From: Patescibacteria group bacterium
GTDB taxonomy: Bacteria; Patescibacteriota; Patescibacteriia; UBA1558; GWA2-36-10
Direction: 5' to 3'
Length of the DNA stretch: 64,000 bases
Assembly (NCBI GenBank): GCA_041650755.1
Contig: JBAZKN010000002.1
Location: 69,030 to 133,029 of the forward strand
Shown: positions 49,752 through 59,286 of the stretch, in pieces
Layout: each line of letters starts with the position of its first letter
How positions within the stretch are numbered: the first letter of the stretch is position 1
The notes under the pieces: generated by a model
Database searches by the model: none
Told to the model about the DNA's origin: nothing
What the model saw: only the letters and a program-made list of their open reading frames with translations
Translations under genes and position numbers: made by a program

Positions 49752-52385
49752 ATGGTCAAAATTTCATTTTCAGCCTCAAAAAAATGGTTTGTGCTTCTGA
49801 CTATCCCTGCTGTATTTTTATTTTTCCCCAACTTGGCTTTTGCTGAAGTTAGTGCCCTAGCAAAATTTTTAGGCGAGGTCATACACTATCTTTTTATTGA
49901 GCTGCCGGCCTTTTTATTGAAAAAGGAAATGATTTTACTGCCAATTATTGCTCAATACAACAATATTACCAATCAGCCTGGTGTGATCACTGCTTGGAGG
50001 ACTTTGCGAGATTTAGCTAATATGTTTTTTATTGTGATTTTGTTGATCATGTCATTTGCCACCATTCTGCAAGTCAGGAGCTATGGCTATAAAGCGCTGC
50101 TTAGAGATCTGATCCTTTACGCGATTCTTATTAATTTCAGCAGGACGATTGTCTCGGTTTTGGTGGATGCGTCTCAAATTGTGATGCTGACTTTTGTGGC
50201 CCCCATAAAAGACGTGGTGGGCAGTAATGTCATGGCTGCCTTGGGTCTTTATCAGATTATGCAGATGACCAATAATCCGGAAGTTACCAGCAATTCTTTT
50301 CTGATGGCTATGGGCCTGGGTGCTATTATGTGTATAATAGCCGTGGTGGTGATTGCTGTATTTATCGCTATGCTGGTTGCCCGCATTGTGTTTTTGTGGA
50401 TTTTGACAGTGACTGCCCCGATGGCATTTTTAGCCAATGCTTTTCCCAAGACAGCTTATTTATATAAAGATTGGGAAAATGACTTAAGCAAATATTTGAT
50501 TACCGGTCCGGCAATCGCTTTCTTTTTATGGCTGGCTTTTACTGTGGTAGGCAATGCCAATATTTCAGATTCTTTTAACGTGCCGGCTGAATTGAAAGAG
50601 GATCCGCAAGTGACGGAAACTGGTGCGCCCTCAGAGGTGAGCCAAGCTGCTCAAGTCCCAAATCTTATAAATTATGTCATAGCTATTGCTATGCTTTTGG
50701 GCGGCTTGAACTATGCAGCCAAAGCCGGCGTAGCTGGTTCTGGGTTGGCTGGCAAGGCGCGAGGTAAGATAAATGATGTCGTAAGTAAAGCCGGCAGAAA
50801 AGTAGAAAGGGGTGTTACTGGCGCTGTCAGTGGCACTGCTCGAGGAGCTGTCAGGCTGGCTTGGCAGGGCACTAGCGGCGAAGGCGGAGCCAAAGAAGTT
50901 TTGAGTAAAATGCGCGCCAGTATAGGCACAACTCTAGCTGATGATAATACGCAAAGATTATTGCGCAGGACTGGTTTGGCGGGTACTGCCTTGCGGGCCG
51001 GCAGGCGCATGGAGGCTAAAGAGAATTTGCGTCGCGGTCGTAAGACTGCTTATTTTGAAAAACAGATGGAAGGCATTACTGACGATGAACAGAGATTGCA
51101 ATATGCACAATCAGTCGGGAGAGGGTGGGGCAGACGCGAAGCAGCAGCAGTTTTTTATAAGACCAATGTAGATAATAATAATGAACTGCATGATATCGAT
51201 CCTACGCGCATGACTAAGGAGCAATTGCGAGAGATATATGGGGTTGATAGTGTTGACCAAGTGGATCAGAACCTAGTAAGTTCTCGTACAGCTCAAAGAT
51301 ATAAGGATATGAATGCGGCTTTTCAAGCTGCTGGTGATACTGCTTCTGTAGAAAAATTGCGCACCAGAAGCGTGGCTGTCCATACTAATGAAAGTCTAGG
51401 TAGATTAATCCAAGAAAAGGGCGTTGGCGTTTTGAGTAGAATGGATATGAGCGGTTTGGATAACGAAGAGTTGAGGGCCGTTATGCAGCGCATCATGAGT
51501 CAAGATCAAAAAGCCTTAAGCAAGACGGTTGATGATATGGAAAAAAGAAAGCGCGAGATATTTATGCATGCTTTGGGCAATGTAAAAAGCGCAGGCCACC
51601 TGGAAGGCAGCTTAACTAAAGATGATAGTGATTCTGCTTTCTATAAGGCAGCTATGCTGCAAGCCAGATTTGATGGTAAGAACTCCGACACCAATGGTTT
51701 GGCCGACCAATATAAAGATCTCGATGAAGAAGATCAAAAAGGATTTATATCAAACTTGCGCAAGATTATTAGCGGTGATGAGATATTAAAAATTAACAAT
51801 AGTACCAGCTTATTTAAAGATATGTCCGGTCAGGCCAATGCTGGTCAGCGCACGCAAATGAAAGACAAGGCTACTGATGAGCAAATGCAAGCCGTAGTTC
51901 AGAACCAAATCAGGCTTGGTAATATCCAGATGATAATGAAAGATCCGGTTTTTGGCCCGATAGCTCAGAAGAATAATGCGGATGATGTTGATGCGTACTT
52001 CAAGGTTTTGCGTGATGCAGCCGGGACATTGGCGGATAAGATTAAGGCCGCCAATCAGAACATAGAATATGGCCACAAGATTTTTGCAGGCGATAAGGAC
52101 GGCTTATATGCCTGGGCCAGAACTTTGAAACCAGCCGATCTCATCAAAATAGATGATAAACTAACACTTGACGATATTGTTGACAATGGCAAATTGCCGG
52201 AAAATATGGTTGAGGCTATGGCAAAACTCGGCTATGGTAGTATCAAACCCTCTGCTGGTGGATCGAGCGCTGGTGCGGCCAGACCAGCTCAAGCTATTCC
52301 AACAGCTGCCCCCAGTAATCAAGCTCCAGGATCAGGCGGCGGCGTGCAGGCAGTAATCAACAAAAGATTTGGTAAGAATAAATAA
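49752..52385 (+). CDS. Polytopic membrane protein with VirB6/TrbL-like topology and a ~550-aa hydrophilic tail
   Basis: Signal peptide, 6-7 TM helices in the first ~330 aa, then an A/G/K/R/E/Q-rich low-complexity C-terminus. The call rests on architecture only. Confidence 0.35.
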   Translation: MVKISFSASKKWFVLLTIPAVFLFFPNLAFAEVSALAKFLGEVIHYLFIELPAFLLKKEMILLPIIAQYNNITNQPGVITAWRTLRDLANMFFIVILLIMSFATILQVRSYGYKALLRDLILYAILINFSRTIVSVLVDASQIVMLTFVAPIKDVVGSNVMAALGLYQIMQMTNNPEVTSNSFLMAMGLGAIMCIIAVVVIAVFIAMLVARIVFLWILTVTAPMAFLANAFPKTAYLYKDWENDLSKYLITGPAIAFFLWLAFTVVGNANISDSFNVPAELKEDPQVTETGAPSEVSQAAQVPNLINYVIAIAMLLGGLNYAAKAGVAGSGLAGKARGKINDVVSKAGRKVERGVTGAVSGTARGAVRLAWQGTSGEGGAKEVLSKMRASIGTTLADDNTQRLLRRTGLAGTALRAGRRMEAKENLRRGRKTAYFEKQMEGITDDEQRLQYAQSVGRGWGRREAAAVFYKTNVDNNNELHDIDPTRMTKEQLREIYGVDSVDQVDQNLVSSRTAQRYKDMNAAFQAAGDTASVEKLRTRSVAVHTNESLGRLIQEKGVGVLSRMDMSGLDNEELRAVMQRIMSQDQKALSKTVDDMEKRKREIFMHALGNVKSAGHLEGSLTKDDSDSAFYKAAMLQARFDGKNSDTNGLADQYKDLDEEDQKGFISNLRKIISGDEILKINNSTSLFKDMSGQANAGQRTQMKDKATDEQMQAVVQNQIRLGNIQMIMKDPVFGPIAQKNNADDVDAYFKVLRDAAGTLADKIKAANQNIEYGHKIFAGDKDGLYAWARTLKPADLIKIDDKLTLDDIVDNGKLPENMVEAMAKLGYGSIKPSAGGSSAGAARPAQAIPTAAPSNQAPGSGGGVQAVINKRFGKNK

Positions 52386-52394
52386 TAATTTTTA

Positions 52395-53642
52395 ATGACA
52401 ATATTATCCGAATTGCAACAATTACCAACCGAGGTAAAAGATATTATTTTTAGCAATGATTTAGTAGAAAAAAATCAAGCTTTGGCAGATAAATTTTTAT
52501 TAAACCAAAGCCAAATCAATTTAATTTTAGATTTGGAAAATTTATTATTTTTGAAGAAATTATCACCATTAGATTTGCCGACTCGCTTGGAAAGCATGGA
52601 GCGAGCCAGCTACTATGATTTGCGGGCGATTACTTTGGATATTGCCCAAAACATCCTTTGGCCGCTACAAGATTATCTGCAAAATGTCGATCGCCTGATT
52701 TTGCGTTTGGGTGGCAAAGTGCCGAGGGCCCAGCATCTAAAAAGCGTGACTTTGCAAAAAAGGCTGTTTCCCAGTTCAGCCTCTGGCACGGTCAAGCAAT
52801 TTTTGTCTAGCTTTGATGATTTTAAAGAGCTGAGACTAACTGCCAAAAAAATTACGGATAATAATGGCCGGCTGATTACCCCTTCGGTAGATAATTGGCT
52901 TAAAGATTATAATCATTTTTTAGGAGCAGGCTATCATAACTCTTTGCAGCGAGCCCAGTATCTAGCCAAAGGGCCAAATTGCGTGCCTTTGGAGCTTGGG
53001 GAAAAAGAGTCGTTGCGCAATTTTCTTTTGTCTTATGATGATGATCTTGGCATGCAGTGGGAGAATAATGAGGGCATGCTCAAGGTCCAGCTGCCCGTTT
53101 CTGCCCCAAAATCAGATAAGCCAGTCAAAGTAGATTTAGACAAGGCTGTAGCCGAGCTGCAGCAGAACATAAAGAAGATAGAGCAGATAGCTTTACCGGC
53201 CGATTTTATTTTATCAGAGGCGGGAAATGATCTGTTTAAAGTCAGGGATATTTTGTGGCAGGCTGTCGGTACTGAAGATAAAGAAAAAGCCTTGAGTTGC
53301 CTCAAGGTCCTGGTCGAAAAGAAATCTTTAGATAGTTTGATCGCCGAGGATAATCGTTTTCGCAGTATTTTGAAAAGATTTATCGGCATTCGCTATGGTT
53401 CAGGTTTCAATAATTGGCTGGAGGGGAACTCTGATAAATTATTGGCCCGTCGTCTATTTTTAGAAATGATTTTGGCAGATAAATTGCGCTGGCCAGAGGC
53501 AGAGGCTGCCACCATAGCTTTTTATTTGACCAATCTTTGGCCGCAATCTGGTCAGGTGGTTTATCTGGATGCTACTGACGGCAATCTCAAATGGCGTATC
53601 ATGCAAGTGATGAAAGATAATCAGCTGGCTTGGCGAGATTAA
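52395..53642 (+). CDS. Hypothetical soluble protein
   Basis: 415-aa ORF with no recognisable motif; 10-nt gap from the upstream gene. Confidence 0.35.
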   Translation: MTILSELQQLPTEVKDIIFSNDLVEKNQALADKFLLNQSQINLILDLENLLFLKKLSPLDLPTRLESMERASYYDLRAITLDIAQNILWPLQDYLQNVDRLILRLGGKVPRAQHLKSVTLQKRLFPSSASGTVKQFLSSFDDFKELRLTAKKITDNNGRLITPSVDNWLKDYNHFLGAGYHNSLQRAQYLAKGPNCVPLELGEKESLRNFLLSYDDDLGMQWENNEGMLKVQLPVSAPKSDKPVKVDLDKAVAELQQNIKKIEQIALPADFILSEAGNDLFKVRDILWQAVGTEDKEKALSCLKVLVEKKSLDSLIAEDNRFRSILKRFIGIRYGSGFNNWLEGNSDKLLARRLFLEMILADKLRWPEAEAATIAFYLTNLWPQSGQVVYLDATDGNLKWRIMQVMKDNQLAWRD

Positions 53643-53648
53643 GAATTT

Positions 53649-54812
53649 TTATATTTTCCAGGCAGTGATTTGCCGCTGGACTTTTTGATCTGGCCGGCTA
53701 TAGATCAGAAAAGAGTCGGCGCCGAGAATTAATTTGGGTACAAAACCCAATTTTTTTATAGCTGATAAATTTAAAGTAGAGATTGGCTGCTGGCCGAGCT
53801 GAAAAATCGGAAAAATAAAAATAACCTGTCCGCCTGATCGCAATATTTTTTTGAATTCAGTAAAAGCGGATAAGTATAATCTTTGTAGATTTTGGCTAAT
53901 ATTAGACAAAATTTTTGGGTCGTCAGTATTTTTTATTTGTCTTGAATCACCCATGAATGGCTCAGTCACGATCAGGTCAATTGAAGCACGAGGGATAACC
54001 TGGCTCAATTTTTCTACGGTTGTTTGTTTTAGTTGGTATTGAGTTTTGAATTTAAACTGCTTATTAAACCAGCTTAGATTTTTTTGGCAAGACACAATAG
54101 CCTCACGGCTGATATCAGTGCCATAAATTTTTTTAAAGTCCAGTATAGCTGCTTCTTGCAAGACAGTGCCTGACCCGCAAAATGGGTCAAGTAAAGTTTT
54201 ATTTCTGTCTGGCCCAGCCAGATTGATCATTATTTTGGCTAGCTTGGGTGGCAGCAAGCCGGATTTATCATCGCGTTCCGGTCGGCCAATGTCGCGCTGG
54301 CTATAGCGATCAAAATCTTGGATCGCCTGCGTAATGCCAAGTAAATATTTTGTCTGGTGGCGGATGATAATTAGTTCATTGTTCAGGAGTTTATTTTTAG
54401 CGACAATCACCGAAGATAATTGCGCCTGTCGGCCAGTGACTAGGCGGACACTTGCTTTAAAGGATAGATTTTTTTTGACCGACAAGGCTATTTTTTTTAT
54501 TTTGGCAAAATTGGCTGGCGTATCATTATATAAACTGAAAGCAAAATTTATTTTTTTACTGGTATTTTGCGGCATTATATTTTGCCACCAATCGGCGGTC
54601 AGCTGATCAAGCGAGTCAATATTTTTTAGAAATTGGGCGATTTTTATAGTTCCGCCCAGAGAGCTGATTAGTTTTTCAGGAGTTTCAGAACTATTACCCA
54701 AAACAAAATCAGCACCCTGGATTTCGATTTGGTTTTTTTGTCCCAATAAGCTAAAAATTTCAGCCTGGCTAATTTTTGGGATTCTGCCCAAAATAAAAAT
54801 GTATTTTGCCAT
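53649..54812 (-). CDS. Class I SAM-dependent methyltransferase with an N-terminal THUMP-like domain (Trm11/RlmL-like)
   Basis: Motif I DPFCGSGTVLQEAA and a variant motif IV VTEPFMGD, with an N-terminal ~150-aa THUMP-like region. Confidence 0.5.
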   Translation of the reverse strand: MAKYIFILGRIPKISQAEIFSLLGQKNQIEIQGADFVLGNSSETPEKLISSLGGTIKIAQFLKNIDSLDQLTADWWQNIMPQNTSKKINFAFSLYNDTPANFAKIKKIALSVKKNLSFKASVRLVTGRQAQLSSVIVAKNKLLNNELIIIRHQTKYLLGITQAIQDFDRYSQRDIGRPERDDKSGLLPPKLAKIMINLAGPDRNKTLLDPFCGSGTVLQEAAILDFKKIYGTDISREAIVSCQKNLSWFNKQFKFKTQYQLKQTTVEKLSQVIPRASIDLIVTEPFMGDSRQIKNTDDPKILSNISQNLQRLYLSAFTEFKKILRSGGQVIFIFPIFQLGQQPISTLNLSAIKKLGFVPKLILGADSFLIYSRPDQKVQRQITAWKI

Positions 54813-54996
54813 GGCTTTATCATAGTAAAAAATAGTCTTTTAGGCAAACAATATCAGCCTTGACTAATGTCACCAACTATGGTAGAGTGTCGGGGTCAAA
54901 TTATTTGGCGAATTAATTAACCACGGCCCTTAAACAATTCTATTTTTTGGGGTCCCTGGCAGGCAAAAGCCCGTTCCAGGTAATTGAAAAACCAAG

Positions 54997-55515
54997 ATGT
55001 ACTACGAATTACTTTTTATTATTAGTCCGGTGGTGCCCGAGACTGAGCAGGCTCGAGTTACCCAAGCTGTTGGCCAATATCTAAAAACAATTGGTGCTAG
55101 CGTGGCTAATGATTTTTATCCTCTGGGTCGTCGCAAATTAGCTTACCCAATAAAAAAACAAAAGCATGGGTTTTATGTTTTTGTCGATTTTAGCTTGGCA
55201 GAGGACAAGGGTGGTCTAAAGCAACTGGAAACCAGCTTGAAGCATAATAATGATATTTTGCGTCATTTGGTGATTGCTAAATCCAAACCGGCCGCTAGCG
55301 CTGATTTAGCCAGACTGCAGGCCGCCAATAAGCCGGAGGCGGTTGTCCGCAGCCGAACTATTAGAAAGCCTATTTCTAGAGTGAGTCGCCCTAGAGCCAC
55401 TATGAAGCCGGTAGCCGCTCCAGTGAGCGAGATTAGCCACAGGCCGGCTATTAGTTTAGACGATATTGATAAAAAGCTGGATGAGATTTTAACCAACGAT
55501 CCAAAATTAGAATAA
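54997..55515 (+). CDS. rpsF: 30S ribosomal protein S6 with a C-terminal extension
   Basis: MYYELLFII... S6 fold plus ~70 extra residues; sits in the conserved rpsF-ssb-rpsR block. Confidence 0.85.
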   Translation: MYYELLFIISPVVPETEQARVTQAVGQYLKTIGASVANDFYPLGRRKLAYPIKKQKHGFYVFVDFSLAEDKGGLKQLETSLKHNNDILRHLVIAKSKPAASADLARLQAANKPEAVVRSRTIRKPISRVSRPRATMKPVAAPVSEISHRPAISLDDIDKKLDEILTNDPKLE

Positions 55516-55525
55516 TTTTAATTAT

Positions 55526-55993
55526 ATGAATCTGAACAAAGCAATGATTATTGGCAATGTAGTTCGCGATCCAGAAATGCGCACTACGCCCAATGGTCAA
55601 AATGTCACTTCTTTTTCGGTGGCCACCAACTTTACTTGGAAAGATGCCAGCGGTAATCGTCAGGAAAAAGCCGAATTTCACAATGTAGTAGCCTGGCGTC
55701 GATTGGCCGAGATTACCAATCAGTATCTCAAGAAAGGCAGCAAGGTCTATATCGAAGGCCGTTTGCAAACCAGATCTTGGGATGATCCCAATGGCATCAA
55801 GCGCTATCGCACAGAAATCATGGCTGAAAACATGATTATGCTCGATAGAGCTGGTAATGCTGGCGAAAGCTACACTAATTCTGCGTCGACTACCAGACGG
55901 CAAAATACTCCAGCTGATGATTTTAATATTGAACAGCCAGAGCCAAAATCGGCAGGCGAAGAAGAAATTAGCATCGAGGATATCCCTTTTTAA
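55526..55993 (+). CDS. ssb: Single-stranded DNA-binding protein
   Basis: OB-fold [12 protein letters not shown]...TPNG signature with an acidic DIPF C-terminal tail. Confidence 0.9.
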   Translation: MNLNKAMIIGNVVRDPEMRTTPNGQNVTSFSVATNFTWKDASGNRQEKAEFHNVVAWRRLAEITNQYLKKGSKVYIEGRLQTRSWDDPNGIKRYRTEIMAENMIMLDRAGNAGESYTNSASTTRRQNTPADDFNIEQPEPKSAGEEEISIEDIPF

Positions 55994-56012
55994 AAATATA
56001 ATTTAGACTTTT

Positions 56013-56231
56013 ATGCACAATAGAGTTGAAAACAAGCATTGTCATTTTTGCGTCAACAATAAATTGGTGATTGACTATAAAGATTGGCAGCAACTGCAAA
56101 AATTCATTTCTTCTTATGGTAAGATTACCCCCAAGCGAAGAAATGGGGTTTGCTCCAAGCATCAAAGAAAACTAGCTCAAGCCATAAAAAGGGCCAGATT
56201 TATGGCACTATTGCCGTATGTAGCCAAATAA
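56013..56231 (+). CDS. rpsR: 30S ribosomal protein S18
   Basis: 72 aa with a CxFC...ITPKR...C..HQR..A.AIKRAR signature. Confidence 0.9.
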   Translation: MHNRVENKHCHFCVNNKLVIDYKDWQQLQKFISSYGKITPKRRNGVCSKHQRKLAQAIKRARFMALLPYVAK

Positions 56232-56235
56232 TCTT

Positions 56236-56793
56236 ATGGGATCTTTTAGTGATTTGAAGCTTGGCCGTGTTTTGGTATTTAATGCCGAGCCATATCAGGT
56301 AGTGTTTAACCAGCATATCAAGCAAGCTCGAGGCGGAGCAGTTGTAAAGACTAAATTGAAAAATTTGGTCAATGGCAATACTCTGGAAAAGACTTTTTCT
56401 GGGTCTGATAATATTGAACTAGCTGACTTAGCTCACCGGCAAGCAAATTTTCTTTATGTCCAAGATGCGAATTATTTTTTTATGGACACTCAGGATTTTG
56501 AACAATTTCAATTTGATAAAGAATCTTTGGGCGAGGCAGTCAAATATTTGAAAGATGGTCAAGAGGTAGATGTATTATTTTTTAACAACAAGCCAGTGGC
56601 CGTAGATATGCCAGCTAAGATTACTTTGACAGTAGCCTCTGCGCCAGAAGGCGTCAAAGGCAATAGCGCTGGTGCAGTGACAAAGGTAGTCACTTTGGAA
56701 ACCGGCTGTGAGGTGCGCACGCCATTATTTATAAAGACTGGCGATCAGATAATCATTAATACAGAAACCGGCGAATACGTCTCGCGCGCTTAA
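56236..56793 (+). CDS. efp: Elongation factor P
   Basis: 185 aa with three OB/KOW domains and a KPGKG-equivalent loop (VKTKLKNLVNGN). Confidence 0.9.
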   Translation: MGSFSDLKLGRVLVFNAEPYQVVFNQHIKQARGGAVVKTKLKNLVNGNTLEKTFSGSDNIELADLAHRQANFLYVQDANYFFMDTQDFEQFQFDKESLGEAVKYLKDGQEVDVLFFNNKPVAVDMPAKITLTVASAPEGVKGNSAGAVTKVVTLETGCEVRTPLFIKTGDQIIINTETGEYVSRA

Positions 56794-56818
56794 AAATAAG
56801 ATATTTTAAAAAACCAAT

Positions 56819-56852
56819 AAACCCTGCACCGTATGGTGCAGGGTTTATTATT
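56819..56852 (+). terminator. Rho-independent terminator after efp
   Basis: CCCTGCACC-gtat-GGTGCAGGG followed by TTTATTATT. Confidence 0.55.
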
Positions 56853-56904
56853 GGCGAGCGATGGCAAAATATGTTATAATATAGGAAATAACAGACACAA
56901 AATA

Positions 56905-58128
56905 ATGGCTGATTTTAATCAAGCTAATGCTCAGGTAATAGATCGGGATTGGTTGGATGATTTGTTGATCAAAGAACCAAGCGGTCGCTTGCATTCCTTT
57001 CGACAAAGTAGCCCCAGCGACGAATTTAAGGTGGCTTTCCCCAAAGGTTCAGCTGCTGTGAAGCCATTGCAGGATTTTGATGTGCCGATGCCGCCAAGTA
57101 TTTATGTTGCTCCGGCTGACGATAGCTTCAATTGGCAGACGATAGTGGGGCACCCGCAGGCAAAAGCTAGTTTGGTGTTTCATCCTGATGACGAAGAACA
57201 CCTTTCTCAAATAATGCCCAATGTGCCGATTGATGAAAGTAAAAAATATAGCCTTGATAAGATAGTTGCTCGTTTGATAGCCAAACAACAATTGAGCCTG
57301 GACCAGGCAAATAAAGAATTATTGACCAATGTTTTGTTTGACTTTTTTCGTAACCGCAAAAACAGTCAAACTGCCAGAGAATATCTGGCCGGCAAATTAC
57401 TTTTGGCTGGTCAACCTATCAGCGTTGGCGATTTAGACACAATTTTATCTGTAGTCAAAAGCATTAAGGCCAATATTGAAGCGGTGGGTGGCTTAGTGGT
57501 CAAGGACGATTTTTTGACCTCGTCCTCTCAATTTAAGCCAGTGGAGCCGGTAGCTAAGACGGATTTACCTACCGTACCAGAGCCTCCCAAGATAGAACCG
57601 GCAGAGTTATCACCTCAGAAGACTATTGAGCCAGAGCCAAAATTATCACCCAAAGTTGAAGCCCCGACTCTAGCTGTAAAAATAGAAGCAGATTTACCCA
57701 AAGTTAATCGTCCGCCAGTTGATCAAGAGGTAAAACCAAAAATTTCTGATGTAAAGAATAAGCCAATTGCCACTGCTGCTAGGTCAGCGCCTGCTAGCAA
57801 AGTTTTGGTCGGACCGGTGCAGGAACTGGAGAGTATGACCTTGGCTAATTTTAGGCGACTAGGAGCAAGCGCAGTCGATCGGGCAGAAAAAATTCACAGC
57901 AAGATATCAATTTTAGAAAAAGATTCTATTACCAAAAAATCTTTGGGGATTGCTGCTTGGCGCAAAAGCCCGGTTTATAGGCTATATTTGGATTTGGGCG
58001 CGGCTAGCCTAGTGCAAAACAAAGAGATTGCTACCCTGGTTCAAGAGCAGGCCAACCAGGGCGTAGCTACTTTAAGTTGGGAAGAGTTTAATGCCATTGG
58101 TGATTTAAATAAATTATTACGTTTTTAA
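56905..58128 (+). CDS. Hypothetical protein with a central Pro/Glu/Lys-rich linker
   Basis: PEPPKIEPAELSPQKTIEPEPKLSPKVEAP repeats. Start chosen at MADFNQ (56905). Confidence 0.35.
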   Translation: MADFNQANAQVIDRDWLDDLLIKEPSGRLHSFRQSSPSDEFKVAFPKGSAAVKPLQDFDVPMPPSIYVAPADDSFNWQTIVGHPQAKASLVFHPDDEEHLSQIMPNVPIDESKKYSLDKIVARLIAKQQLSLDQANKELLTNVLFDFFRNRKNSQTAREYLAGKLLLAGQPISVGDLDTILSVVKSIKANIEAVGGLVVKDDFLTSSSQFKPVEPVAKTDLPTVPEPPKIEPAELSPQKTIEPEPKLSPKVEAPTLAVKIEADLPKVNRPPVDQEVKPKISDVKNKPIATAARSAPASKVLVGPVQELESMTLANFRRLGASAVDRAEKIHSKISILEKDSITKKSLGIAAWRKSPVYRLYLDLGAASLVQNKEIATLVQEQANQGVATLSWEEFNAIGDLNKLLRF

Positions 58129-58131
58129 TAT

Positions 58132-58596
58132 ATGCAAAATAGGTTTATTGTACCGCAATTTATTGATGCTGAAGACAAGATCTGGGGGCCCTTGACCGTC
58201 AGGCAGTTTGTGATCATGATTTTAGGCGGTTTATTCATATTCTTGAGCTACAAGTTGTCTGATTTTACTTTATTTTTATTCCAAACGGTAGTTATTATTT
58301 TGTTGGTTGTGGTGCTGGCCTTTTTGAAAATAAATGGCGCCCCTTTTCACATGTTTTTATTGAATGTTATTCAAACAATCAAGCGTCCTTGGGTCAGAAT
58401 TTGGCACAAAGAATATATTAAAGTGGAAGACTTTCGGGATAAAGGGGAGCTAATAAAAGAAGAGCCAATCCCCCAAAAAACTTTTTTACCCAATAAAAAA
58501 TTATCAGAATTATCTTTAATTATTGACACTGGCGGCGTATACAAAGGCGAGTCAGAAGCCAATATTATAAATAGCACCACAGCGATTAAAAAATAA
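58132..58596 (+). CDS. PrgI/VirB3-like small membrane protein of a type IV secretion apparatus
   Basis: N-terminal IVPQFIDAEDKIWGPLTVRQFVIMILGG motif followed by two TM helices, matching the PrgI-family pattern. Lies immediately upstream of VirB4. Confidence 0.5.
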   Translation: MQNRFIVPQFIDAEDKIWGPLTVRQFVIMILGGLFIFLSYKLSDFTLFLFQTVVIILLVVVLAFLKINGAPFHMFLLNVIQTIKRPWVRIWHKEYIKVEDFRDKGELIKEEPIPQKTFLPNKKLSELSLIIDTGGVYKGESEANIINSTTAIKK

Positions 58597-58599
58597 TAT

Positions 58600-59286
58600 A
58601 TGAAGAACAAAAAATTAGCTGGCAATCGGCCATCCACTTCGACGCAGAGATTTTTGGATATTGCTGAAATTAGAGACGATATGGTTGTTTTAAATGACGG
58701 CACAGTCCGGGGAGTTTTATTGGTCTCTTCTATCAATTTTGATTTGAAATCAGAGGATGAACAAGCAGCTATTATTAGTGGCTATGTCAGCTTTTTAAAT
58801 ACTTTAGACTACCCTTTACAGATTGTGATCCAATCGCGCCCTTTAAATATTGATGATTATTTTGGCCGTTTGAAAAAAGTGGAAAAGGAGCAAACCAACG
58901 AATTGCTGCGTATGCAAACAGCTGATTATCGACAATTTGTGGAAGAGCTTTTGACCTTGGAAAAGATTATGAGCAAGCGTTTTTATATTGTAGTGCCATA
59001 TAATTCAGCTGGCGATAAGAGTAGAAAGTTTACCAATCGTTTTGCCGCGGTTTTTTCTACTGCTAAAGTAGTGCGTTTGAGCCGCAAGCGTTTTACTGAA
59101 TTTAGCAACCAGCTGACCAAGCGCTGCAATTTTATTCAGGCAGGTTTAAACTCATTGGGTCTGCGCAGCCAACGCTTAAATACCCAGGCCTTGATTGAAT
59201 TATATTACAACAGCTATAACCCGAATATTTTCCAAAAACAACCGCTAGAAGATATAAATAAGCTAAATTTAGAAACCAATGTTTGA
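58600..59286 (+). CDS. N-terminal segment of a VirB4/TrbE-family protein, encoded separately
   Basis: DIAEIRDDMVVLNDGTVRGVLLVSSINFDLKSEDEQAAIISGYVSFLN matches the first conserved block of VirB4 N-domains. An 8-nt overlap (ATGTTTGA) links it to the next ORF in the +1 frame. Confidence 0.5.
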   Translation: MKNKKLAGNRPSTSTQRFLDIAEIRDDMVVLNDGTVRGVLLVSSINFDLKSEDEQAAIISGYVSFLNTLDYPLQIVIQSRPLNIDDYFGRLKKVEKEQTNELLRMQTADYRQFVEELLTLEKIMSKRFYIVVPYNSAGDKSRKFTNRFAAVFSTAKVVRLSRKRFTEFSNQLTKRCNFIQAGLNSLGLRSQRLNTQALIELYYNSYNPNIFQKQPLEDINKLNLETNV

